A stretch of 64,000 nucleotides of DNA from Paraspadella gotoi. Its lineage: Eukaryota; Animalia; Chaetognatha. The notes under the pieces were generated by a model. That model saw nothing but the letters and a program-made list of their open reading frames with translations, searched no databases and was not told the origin of the DNA. Made by a program: the position numbers and the translations under genes. Below, piece after piece: positions 1-11,749 of the stretch (position 1 is the stretch's first letter; each line of letters starts with the position of its first letter). The stretch spans positions 11,791,553 to 11,855,552 of the forward strand of contig CM119267.1 in NCBI GenBank assembly GCA_051294375.1, written 5' to 3'.

Positions 1-149
1 TACCACCAGGGGGCAAGCCGAATTTTGCCCTTGCGTCTCGACATCAACGATCAAAATGGATTTGAAAAGAAAAGAGCATTGGCGGTTCCCCACGGTTGGT
101 TGTCTCTCGTTTTCTCGAGACTAATCTGGAGGATGAATGCTGCTCCCGT

Positions 150-188
<39 letters not shown>

Positions 189-1214
189 TGGATTTTTTTT
201 TTCCAGAAAACGTGTTTCTCTCTTTGTCGTTATATTGTCAAAGTCATCGTCAAAGCCACTGGAAAGAGATCTTTGACATTTCCTGCGAAGATCTTGAAAC
301 GAGTTTTACTTTTATATCTCGAAAACTTTAAGTTTCCACTCCTTGAACGTTAAAAATATTTAATCTTTTTATTAACCTAGTTAAAATTGTTGTATTTTTG
401 TGCTGAATAAATCTTGTTGCATACGAATAAAAACTCTTAATTTACGGACTTTATGGAGCAACGTAAATTCAACTCGATAAGAAAGTACTGTGAATGGTTT
501 GAAAAGTACAAGTATACAATTTTTTTAAATCAATTTTTATATTTATAAATTCGTAAAGTTTCTTTTTTGACGATTGTTATTACTTTCTCATCGGTTATAA
601 GTCAACTTATTTTATAAGAATTGAATAACTAATCGCTTTTCTTATGTTTGGCAACTAACTTTTTTTGGCAACATTCCAGTGAAATCCAACGACATTAATT
701 TGTAACCACAACTTTGCCTTTTTCTAAAAATATTTTCATTTTCGATTGTAACTTAAACATATTAGGTTTTTTTAATTACATATTATCATAACTATGGTAA
801 GAACCGAATAGGCGTGATTCGTTCCGCTCGGTGCCCAGTGGGCACTGCTCACTGCTCAGCCATTGGTTTTTTGAGCCTCTACAGTTTAACTTTTCTTATC
901 GGTTGTTATTATTCTGTTCAGCTAAATTCCATCACGCGATCCCCCCTCTTTTCTAAGGCGCAAAGAATGTTAGCCTTTCTGCCCCTTAATCTGCTTTCTG
1001 TGATATCATTTGTCCTTGTTATTGCGGTTTGGAAACTACTTTTTTCTATCATTTTTAACTTCATAAAATACGTCATTCATTGCTTAATAATGCTTATAGT
1101 GCTTGATGGAAAAGAATTAAATAATAAAATTAAATTAGAAGTCAAATAAAATTTTTAAAAAATGATTTCAATGTCGACTCTCACGTAGGTAATTACGTTG
1201 AAATTAAATTTCTA

Positions 1215-1314
<100 letters not shown>

Positions 1315-1609
1315 CATCCCTCCCCCTTTATCTCTCCCTCTTTCCATCTTTCAACACCTCTGATTTTCTCTCGTAGCGACGACTCATTCTTCCGCCAAAG
1401 ACTTTTTAAAGAAAAACTGCTTCCCCCGCATTCTTCGTGGATTCGTCGCACTTCCGGTGGCCTTGTTGACATGTAACTTACTTAAGTTTACTTGCTTTTT
1501 TATTTTAAATGCGCACACGAGCTTCTTTTTGGGCGCGAACCTTCCCTCGCGCGTGCACGGTTCGCGCGCTTCCGACCACGACGTAGACGCGACCCCCACT
1601 TTTAGTTTT

Positions 1610-1677
<68 letters not shown>

Positions 1678-2019
1678 CACGGCAACCGCAGCGTCTACGG
1701 CTGCGTAGTCGTAACGCACCGACGCGACTGTTCGTCCACTATGAGAAACGATTTCTTTGGCGAAAATTTATGCCGACAAAAAAAAAACTTAAAAAATCCC
1801 AAACATATTTAAAAAAAAAAAGTTTTCCATACCCAAAGTCTTCCGTTAATCGCGACGTTTCTCCTGACATCGAGGGAAAGATTCTCATGAATAAGGAATC
1901 TATGAAAAGAGACCCTCTTTTAGACTTTCTCGCGCGTTGCGAATGTTTTGACTTGGCGAAAGTCGTTGTGACTCCATCTGACGTCAAAATGACGCCGACC
2001 AGAAATATTTTTTCTTCAG

Positions 2020-2120
2020 CCAAGTGATAGGATGGTAACACCGAAGTCGATCGTCGAAACTTCTACATCGAGGAACAGCGACTGGTCGCTTTCATCTCCC
2101 CATAACGCGGTTCAAGTCTT
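2020..2120 (+). other. Probable upstream (5' UTR) exon of the PAS-domain gene
   Basis: GC-richer block between a polypyrimidine acceptor (tttcttcag, ends 2019) and a strong donor (GTAAGT at 2121). If spliced to 5752, the ATG at 2032 is out of frame with the main ORF. Confidence 0.4.
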
Positions 2121-2245
2121 GTAAGTTAATTTCGTTTATGTCGATCGATGGTTCAATGTCGATGTCTTTTGTTTTTTAGTTGCGCCGCAAGTACTCGCAA
2201 AGCAACTTTTCGGTGACTTTTCTGTCGGTCGGTATGTCTCAAGTA

Positions 2246-4237
2246 TGTCATCCTTCAGAATCGCTTCCCCCGGGGGCGGTGCTGGGGGCGGCCCCGCGGG
2301 GTGGCTCCGTGGGGCGGCCCGAGGGGCAGGCAAATTCTTACTGCCTAGGGCGGCCCCCTATAGCCTCTTTTTTGGGGCCCCAGGGGGCCACTCCAGGGGG
2401 AATCCCCCTGGGGCTAGAAAAACCTTTCCCCCAGGGGCTACCCCCAGGGGAATGGATTTTCCTGCCCCTGGAACGGCTCTCTCTACCTCCTATCTCTCTC
2501 TCCCTCTACTCTCTCTTTTTCTCTCCCTCTCTCTCTCTCTTTCTTTCTTTATCTATTTTTTTTCATCTTTCATTACAATAAAATATAAATAGATAAATAG
2601 ATTTGTCAACTAGCATAAATTGGTCAACTCGTATAAATTGGTTAATTTGCTTAATTTGGTCAACAGTCATAATTTGGTCAACTTGTATAATTTGGTCAAC
2701 TTAGATAATTTGGACAACTTGGATAATTTGGTCAAATTTAATAATTTGGTCAACAATCAACTTAACAATTAGCTAATTAATAATTATATCTGATAGAAAT
2801 AAAAAAAGAAAGAGAGAAAAAGAGTACAAAATTTTTTTGAATAAGGTTAAAGTATAAGTAATTTTTGTTTTTCCATTAAACTTACTCTCACTTGCACACT
2901 TTTTTACCCACACACAACATTTTATCTTAATTCATCTATAAAAGTTTAAATAATAGAATAAAGAGTAGGATGGTTTTAAGTTTTTAATTCACTTATAAAA
3001 ATTTTTTAATTAAAAATATTTAATTGTAATTAATTAATTAATTAATTAATATTAGTTTTTAAGTCTGTTCCATATTAGCATTAAACTCAATTATTCGTGA
3101 TTAAATAGATGGATTGGAATAAAATTTTGTGTGTGGGTAGAAAAGTATGTGATTGAGCTAGATATAAAGTTTTGCCTCACTCTCTCTTTCAAATCGTCAG
3201 CCTCTAATAAACAATGTGAGTTCATCTTAAGCAATCTACAAACTGACGATTATTAATTACAAATCTTAAATAAAAAAATTTTATTTTACGATTTAGAACT
3301 CGTTTAATGTCGATGAATAGTTTTTATTGTTTTTTTTTTGGGGGGAATCCATAATTCACTAAGTAGGTCTGTCAGTCACTGCCCATTATTTGTTTGGTGA
3401 TTTATTTAATTTTTTTTTAAACATCAAATTATGAATATTTTTTTAAAAATATTATGTCTCTCTCTATCAGTCCATCAGTATGTCCATCCAACAAAAAAAA
3501 TAAAAAAGAAAGAAAAGAAAAAATTTAAAAAAAAGAAAAAAAAAGAAGACAAATGACTGATTAGCTTTTTACCACTAAATTTTTGTGGCTATGTCCCACA
3601 TTGTTTGCTAAAACTTATTTCTATATCTTTTAACTGAAATAAAATAATTGGGTTAAAAAATACAAATATTATAATTTTTAGATATAATATAAAATGATTT
3701 AACAATAATTTGAAAAAAAATGTATATTTAATTCAGTTACATGAAACAAGTCTTTAGAGAGAGAGAGAAAAAAGATAGAGAGAAAAAAAAGAGAGAGAAA
3801 AAAAAAAAAGAAAAGAGAGAAAAAAAAGAGAGAGAGAAAAAAAAGAAAGAGAATGAGAAAAAAAGAAAAAGGGAAAAAAAAAGAGAGTAGCAGACAGGGA
3901 AAGATATTCTCAGATATAATAACTTAGTCAGAAAGTATATATTTTCTCATCTAAACTTTCCTCTCTCTTTAACTCGCCCCTGGGGGAGCAGTTTTTTTGC
4001 TCCCCAAGGGGTTACCCCCAGGGGCAGACTTTTTTTGGCCCCAGGGGGCTAAGCATTAGGGGCGCCCCTAATAGACCCAAAATGTTGGCCCCAGGGGGAA
4101 CCCCCCTGGGGCGGCCCCCTGAGGCAATCCAGAGGGGGCGCCCCCTCAATGACCATTTTGCTGCTCCCCCTGGAATAGTCTGCCCCTGGGGCTGCCCCTA
4201 GAGCCGCCCCGCGGGGCGGAGGATTTGGGAGATGACA
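2246..4237. mobile_element. Non-autonomous DNA transposon (~2 kb) with imperfect TIRs and GC-rich palindromic subterminal arrays
   Basis: Ends read TA|TGTCATC...GATGACA|TA (TA duplication at 2244-45 and 4238-39). Segments 2260-2470 and 3975-4220 are mutually inverted and built from CCCC(N)GGGG units. The interior is AT-rich with no credible ORF. Confidence 0.7.
2602..2755. repeat. Minisatellite, ~19-bp unit (ataatttggtcaact core), ~8 copies
   Basis: Direct tandem repetition visible inside the TIR element. Confidence 0.85.
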
Positions 4238-4665
4238 TATCTCGTATGTCTGTGCGTCGGTCTGTCCCACTTATGTTAAAAATGCATATAATTCGACTAT
4301 AATTGATTGCTCATTTGTGAAGACAGGAAAAAACCTCAAATATAAGTGACTGTTAACGACGCCTTTAGGAAAGTTTTTTTCGTTATGTCATGTCGTGTCA
4401 TGTCATATCATATCACGTGATCAAAGGGAAATATACGTGAAAATAAAGTCATTCCGGCGCAACACATTTTTTTTTCGTTTTTCTGTTATCTTTCTACCGA
4501 AATTTCGATCACTGATGCTATTCGTATTCTTATTAGTCGGGATCGCTTAAGATTAGACTAAGTTTATAAATTATTCACGAACTGACCTTGATCCTGCTAC
4601 AACAATTCTATTATGCGTACATGCGCTCAAGACAATCAAAATGATTTTTTAAGTAATAAGTCCAT

Positions 4666-4865
4666 TGTGGAGGACGGTCGACGACGACTATGGCCGACGA
4701 TTCGACCGGCCTTTTCGTCCCCGTTGGGTCACTTGATATGACCGACGTTTCTCTCTCTTTCTCTCTCTTTCTGACTCGTGCTCTCCTCCTTATAAGTTGA
4801 CACCGTTGGACGATATTCTCACTCGAATAAACCTTTCATTGTTATATACTATTCTCACGTTTTAC
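4666..4865 (+). mobile_element. Possible solo LTR
   Basis: TGT...ACA ends, GC-rich 5' part, TATA-like tataag followed by AATAAA. No target-site duplication found. Confidence 0.25.
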
Positions 4866-5751
4866 AATGTAATAAATGTATATTATCATAAATATTGTCT
4901 CCTTTTCCAACGTCGCCATACCATCACGTACTGTGGTTTACACTGTGATCACTGATCGACAACGTCTTCATTAAATATCCTTTCATGACATATCACCATA
5001 ATCTTTAACTTTGGCACAAGCATTAAGCATTGCTAATTTCTTGCCAAATTTTCATGGTGATGAATGATGATATAAAGGATAGTATTGGCTTAGCTTTCAT
5101 TAATTGCGGCTTCAATTGCGGTTGTGCTGGTGTTTTTCCCCCTGTGGTTTTCGTTGATATAAAAATAGGTCACATTTAGAGATTCAAGATTGACAGATAG
5201 ATTTTGTGTCGGGAACTGATGGGATTATAAAAATTTTGAATCAATATATTTATCTCACACTATTAGCTTTTCTGCGCCTTTGTAAGCTAGCTTAGCTAAA
5301 TTATTAAATTGTTCATAACAAGGAGGTGAAGGAAAATAAATTACTTTTGACTTCTCATTGCTTCTAATATCATGTAAAAAACTAATGATTAAAAATGTTT
5401 AAAAACTAATGAAGAAAAAAAAGCAAAGTAACAAAATGAAAAGAAAGTAAAGAAACAAAGATATTTAAGAAAAACGAAGCAATCGGATTGAATAAAGGGA
5501 CGAATATCAAACGTCTCAAAAAGTTAAAAAAGAGCCAGTGCAGTGGAACATAACAAAAAGAACAAAGTATATTAAATAATGAATTATTTTCTCCTTTGGT
5601 TCCCCACATCCATTTTGATGAAAATATTATTTATTTCTCGTTTTTTTCCAATCTTTGTCGGCGATGAGCCATAATTCAATCTTCCCCCTTCAATAATAAA
5701 TCCGGAGCCTTTCCGACAAATAACTTATTCCCCATCGATTTTTGCCTCCAG

Positions 5752-7437
5752 ATGGGGAAAAAGTTTTGCCAGCGCCTGATGGCTGACAGCGGCGCTCCAC
5801 GCAATTCCTTTCAATTGACGCCGCTCGATACCGCGGGTGCGGCGCCGGGGCCGCCACCGCTAGCGAAGTTGCGGGCGACGGGCGGACAAATCGAGGCCGA
5901 GAGCGACGTCGCGGGGGACGAAGTTCGTGTCCGAACGACGCCATCGGAAACAGTCGCGTTCTCATCAGAAACAGACGCCCAGTTGACGGCGACGAGCTTG
6001 ACAACACAACTGACGGCGCGCTATCTTTGTCTTCACCACGGTAGGAGACGGAGAAATGACCAAAAAAATATTATATAAATATACAATTCTTATTAAAATT
6101 GACGCATCCTTGCCTTACCCCGCAACCCTTTACGGAGAAGATCTGACGGAATCCTTAGTTCATACGGACAAGAACCTTTGTTCCTCGCTCAAGTCACTGA
6201 AGGGTCTTCCGGAAATCATCAAAAAGGTGGAAGAAAAAGGGTCACATTATTTCGACATCTTTCAATTCATTTCGACTTGCGAAAAGAGTACTAGCAATCA
6301 ATTTTTTCTTATAACACTTGTACGTTGAAGGAAATTGAATTGTTCAACTGAAAAAAAAAAAAGGAATTCCGAATTTTGATTATCATGATTTTGACATACA
6401 GTACCGTAAAACACATTGGCAATTTAAAAAAAAAATCTAATTTATTTGTCTTAATAATTTCCCCCTTTCGCTTTTCTTCTTTTCATTTGTCTTTCTCTCT
6501 TCTTTTTATTTTTCTTTCCTTTCTCTTTTCCTCCCGGTTTTAATTTCTTCTTTCCACTTGTCCTCCTCCTCCTCTTCCCTCTCTTCCTCCTTCAGTCCCT
6601 GGAGGGCTTCCTCGCCATCGTCACCATAACTGGAAAACTGCTCTACATCTCCGAATCGGTGCAGAGTCTTTTGGGGCTTCGACAGGTGCTCGACTTTGAT
6701 TTTCGCTCATCTTTCCTTTTTAATATATGAATATGAATTTAAAAGAGAGTTTAGTTTTTATTCATGTATTAATATGTAAATGTTTACGCTAATGTTTAGC
6801 TTAATTTCTGTTTTTATTCGTGATATGTATTGTTGTACAAACCGTCGAATAGCATTTCGTAGAGCGACTTTCTTGTTCGTCTTCCTTTTATGAAATTGGT
6901 ACAACCAATATAAAAATTAGACATTCATTCAATAAATAAGCTATCCTGCCCCTGACTTTGGACAGGCTTTGGTGGTTTAAGGCCTCCATCACTCTTACAA
7001 GATAATTATATTTTATTAAAAATATATTTGAACCGTAGCTCGACAATATGGGTCACTCGTTCCTCAAAGTGATACACCCGGACGACCATGAGAGCGTCCT
7101 CGACCGTCTCCTTCAATGGGGGGAACAACTCGTGGACCTGGAGAGTCTCAAGGGTGAGTGAGAATGGTTGAAAACAGTTGGGCGATCCGAGTGTTCATTT
7201 GTTTTTCCACTCGTATGTTTAAATGACGAAGCGACGATTGACATCCGACGCAGGAACATATAGAGAGATCGACTTGAGAATTCACTTCGTGCACAAGCGC
7301 GTCAACGCTTAAGTGCCATCGATGCCATCTCTGAAAGCTCCGGCCACTTAAGCCACGTTGCCCGAGATTCGGGTTCGAATGACAAGACGTTTCCATTCTC
7401 TTTCCTCCCTTTCTTTTCTCTCTAAAATCCGATTCTT

Positions 7438-7488
<51 letters not shown>

Positions 7489-7489
7489 A

Positions 7490-7536
<47 letters not shown>

Positions 7537-7755
7537 GTCTCTCTCTCTCTTTTTGTCTTTCTCACTTGACATCGATTGGTTCTTGTTATTTTTTTTTGAT
7601 CGATAGCGCTTTTTCGGATTCTTTTAGATTAAACTGAATATTCATTTGCTTTTTTTTTCTCATTCTTTCTCTCTCTTCTTTCTTTCTTTCTTTCTCTCTC
7701 TTCTTTCCTTCTTTTCTTTCTTTCTTTCTTTCTTTCTTCTTTCTTTCTTCTTTCT

Positions 7756-7786
<31 letters not shown>

Positions 7787-7805
7787 CTCTCTTCTCTCTC
7801 TCTAT

Positions 7806-7881
<76 letters not shown>

Positions 7882-10575
7882 TTTTATTTTTGTGTCATCT
7901 CCAGAACCTGTTTTCTTTCTATACTAAAAAGATTTATAAAAAAAGATTTTCCATAATGACCCTTAACAAAAGCAATTTGGGAAGTTGAAAAAGGTTAAAA
8001 AGAACAATCAAAAAGAGTATTGAGACTGAAGTTAGAGACAGAATTCACGTTGAACCACGAGGATTAAACCACAAAAACGTTTAAGTTGAATAGTGAATAG
8101 TCTTTGCCTGAAGGAAACCCTTGTCGTTTAACTTTAAGAGATGGTTTTGTAATTTGTATTATCGAAAGTTCGAAACAATTAAAATGAAACGAATCGAAAG
8201 ATGACATAGAATTATTTCTCTATCAAAATAAAAAGGTGACGTTTCACTGAACGGCGTGAATCCGACGACGACGGCGAACGGCGTCGACAAGGATGACGCG
8301 GCGAGGTCGGAAAATCCCACGGACGCCGCCGCTCCTTTCGCGTGTCGCATCATGAACCTTCGCGACATCTACGTTCTCGGCTTTTCACCGGTTCAACTGT
8401 CGCCCTTCTTCCGGATGAAGCCAACTTCGTCGTACAACACGGGTAACCATAAGATCATCGGGTTTACTAAATTTGTTTTTAATTATGAGTTATGCATTTC
8501 ATGTACCATTTATTGTAATATACGCCTACAACGCCCTACATCTCTACCTAGTACAGTCATGTGAAAAAAAATTGCGACACTTTACATCAGACTTTGAAAA
8601 TTACTATAGACATATATTTATTTATTGAAAGATAAACAATTTTTTTCTTCTGATTATAATAAAATTTATATATATATATAATGTATATATATATATTATG
8701 TATATTATGTATTATTGTGGACTAAAATCCACCAACCGTTCATTAGTGGCCATTGGTGCCGGAGGCAAGTCATTCGCCTCCCATCCCAAAGATCCGGGGT
8801 TTGAGCCTGGTGGCCACCTAGCCACGGTAGGGCAGAGATGATATAAAAGAAACAAAAAAAGTGCCATCTTGGAAACCTACAAAATTTTAAAGTAGCTACC
8901 GGTAGCTACCTAGCAGTTAAGAGGGATGTGGCGCTTTACCCGCCTATAACACGGTGTTACAGCCTGATCCAAAGCTCAGGGACTGCTTATGGTTCTGTCA
9001 CTAACACACAACAATAATTACTGTCTCTTCAGTATATTAGTTGTTTTTTTTTAATATTTTCTCTTATATAATTTTGAAAAATATTTTTATATTTTTAAAT
9101 TATAAAGTAGCGCGTTTTTTTTGGCACATGAGTGTAAAATGCTGCAGTGATAGTTTAATTTTACCTCCGCTGCGCAGAATCGGCGCTTCAAGAAACCATG
9201 ATCCTTCTCATGGGTCACATCTCCGCCGTCGTAGACGAAGTCGACGCCCGGGTTCGAACGCACGACCTTGTGGACAAGACCCTTCTTCGACCTGAACTCA
9301 ACATAAAGTCCATTCTGGAGGCGAAAGCCTCTTCAAATCCTGGAGATGTTGCCGAAGTGAGAATGGGGGACAAAATCAGGGGGGCGTTTAGTTCATTTTT
9401 GGGACTAATAATAGAAAACTACGTCTGGGTACAGTTTTTTCCTCGTCGAAAAAAGCGAAGAAAAAAAAACAGAGAGACTGTTATAAACTAGTTATTCAAA
9501 CGACGTTCCATGAAGATATAGAATAAAAAATCTAATGAAACTTGATTACAAATATCGATAAACGGTAGAACCACGTGGGTGTTCTTTTTTTTTATTTCTA
9601 ATTCTTTGCACGCTAAGTAAAGACAAGAACAAATGTTTTATTTGATAAAAAAAATCAATATTCTGTACCTCTAAAGGTATGTATCTATCTAAGGATATGG
9701 GCTGACTACTATCTCGACAGAGAAAAGAATAAGGTAAGGTTATGCATATGACTTATGAGTATAATGGAAACGGTAAGGTAAGTACAAGTAATAGGGAGAA
9801 GGAAGTTGCGCGGTCTTCAGTAGCCCTCACGCCGAAAGTGTGAGATTAAATCTGGGGCACGATGCACTCCGCAGGGATGATGAGGGGGAAACGATGAGAG
9901 GATGAGGAGGGGGACGTTGAGAGGGGGAATGGAAGGCCCTTCGAGAGAGAGAAGTCTCTGGCGGTAGTGGGGGGGGGTCTATCCTGTGTACAATATATTT
10001 CTTCCAAATTAACTTGATAGAAGTCCCTTAAAAAATATATTTTTAATGAGAATCCGAGCGACGATAGTCGATACCTATCATTTTGACTCTGCTTTATATT
10101 TCCTACATTCCGCGTTTCAGTCTTCATTATGCAAAAGGAAAGAGAGACGTATCTGAATACTGACAACACCTTTTTTTTTTCTTCTTTTTTTTTTTGTCGC
10201 CTCCATAGGTTCGCAGCTCCGTCTCGACCAGTGACGACAACGTAGACGATAGCAAAGACGACGATGCATCGTTGTTGGTCTCCCGTTCCAAACGGTAAGT
10301 TAATTAATTTATTAATTAAATTATTATATCTTTAATGGGCGAAGGCATGAGAGAAATTTTTTTTAGAAAAAGACGCCCTGCCGAAATAAAATCCCCATTA
10401 ATTACAAAGTTTAAAAAAAAAAAAAAAAGAATTGCAAGAAATTTGCATTGAAATAACTAATGTCATCAGATACCCGTGCCATAATAACAGAAAGGCAGTT
10501 TTGACGCGCGAGAGTCGAATGTCGAATTATTAAATGAAAAGGATGTTAAAACTTACAAAACAATACATGACAAGA

Positions 10576-10627
<52 letters not shown>

Positions 10628-11717
10628 ATCACGTCGGAATTAATAAACCTTCCCCCACTTCTTTCAGAGATTTCAGCGTTTTTCTTCATATGCGGCCAAG
10701 CGATGATAAGTGGTGGATCGCAACTCTTCGATGGTGAGTCACATTTCATTTCAAAATTCCTCACCTTCCACGATTTGTCGCAGAAATCTCTAATTTCCCA
10801 AAAAATAAACTCTGGCGTGACCGTTAAGGAGAAGTCTAATTGAGAATCGATATCAAATTCTCCCCGTTTTGCAGCTCAATCAATGGCTAATTCGGTTTTT
10901 TTTTTTTTCATTTTGTTTCTTTTATATTTCTTTCTTATCGATTTACAGGGAAAAGGAAAAGGAGAGCGAGAAATCCGATAATTCCATCCGCGGAAATTGG
11001 ATCTACGAGAGGGTGGATCAGCGTTCCACTTGGAACACCGGTTACCTTCCGCAAGTAGGTTTCGGGTGTGGCACGAGTGATGGTTGTAATTCACGATATG
11101 GATGACATGACCGTAAAATTCCCTGCGTTTGTCAAACTTCTTTACTTCTCCCTCAGGAATTCTCGGGTCAACCCTTCGAAGAGTTCGTGCATTTGGAAGA
11201 TCGTGACTCCATCGTCAAGATTCTCCACGAAAGTAAGAAATGCTGTAATAGTGAAACTGTTCCAGTAAACTGTATTTCGTTCTGTGCAATAATTTTATAA
11301 AACGATTTCATTTGAGTAAAAAACTCTTTTTTTATTATTGAAGAGACAGTAATTATTGATATGTGTTAGTGAAAGAACCGTTTAATATAAGCATTGATTA
11401 TTAAGCAGTCCCTGAGCTTCGGATCCGACTGTAACACCATGTTACAGGCGGGTTAAGCGCCCCGTTCCTCTTAACCGCGAGGCGGCTACCGGGCTAGAAC
11501 CCCGGACCTTTGGGTTGGGAGGCGAATGACTTGCCTCCGGCACCAAGGGCCGCTGATGAACGGTTGGTGGATTTTAGTCCACCATATTATCTTTCTTTTG
11601 TTCTTTCGGAAAAGAATTTAAACGTATTTTTGAAAATTTTTGACAATCTCAGCCAATTTAGTTCTTTTCGTCTTTTTTGGGTTTTTTTTTCTTTCTTTCT
11701 TTCTTTCTTTCTTTCGT

Positions 11718-11749
<32 letters not shown>

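Noticed and set aside
2136-2592. G/P/A-rich ORFs
   Set aside because: They fall in the GC-rich subterminal repeats of the TIR element and show no domain signal.
2602-2755. Regularly spaced ~19-bp repeats resembling a CRISPR array
   Set aside because: No unique spacers of 25-40 nt, no cas genes, eukaryotic context; it is a minisatellite.
4414-4419. E-box CACGTG in the PAS gene intron (also ~9572)
   Set aside because: Isolated hexamers are expected by chance; there is no cluster.
8749-8820. Functional tRNA-Gly gene
   Set aside because: Anticodon and D stems are degenerate and it is embedded in a longer repeated unit, so it is treated as a SINE head.
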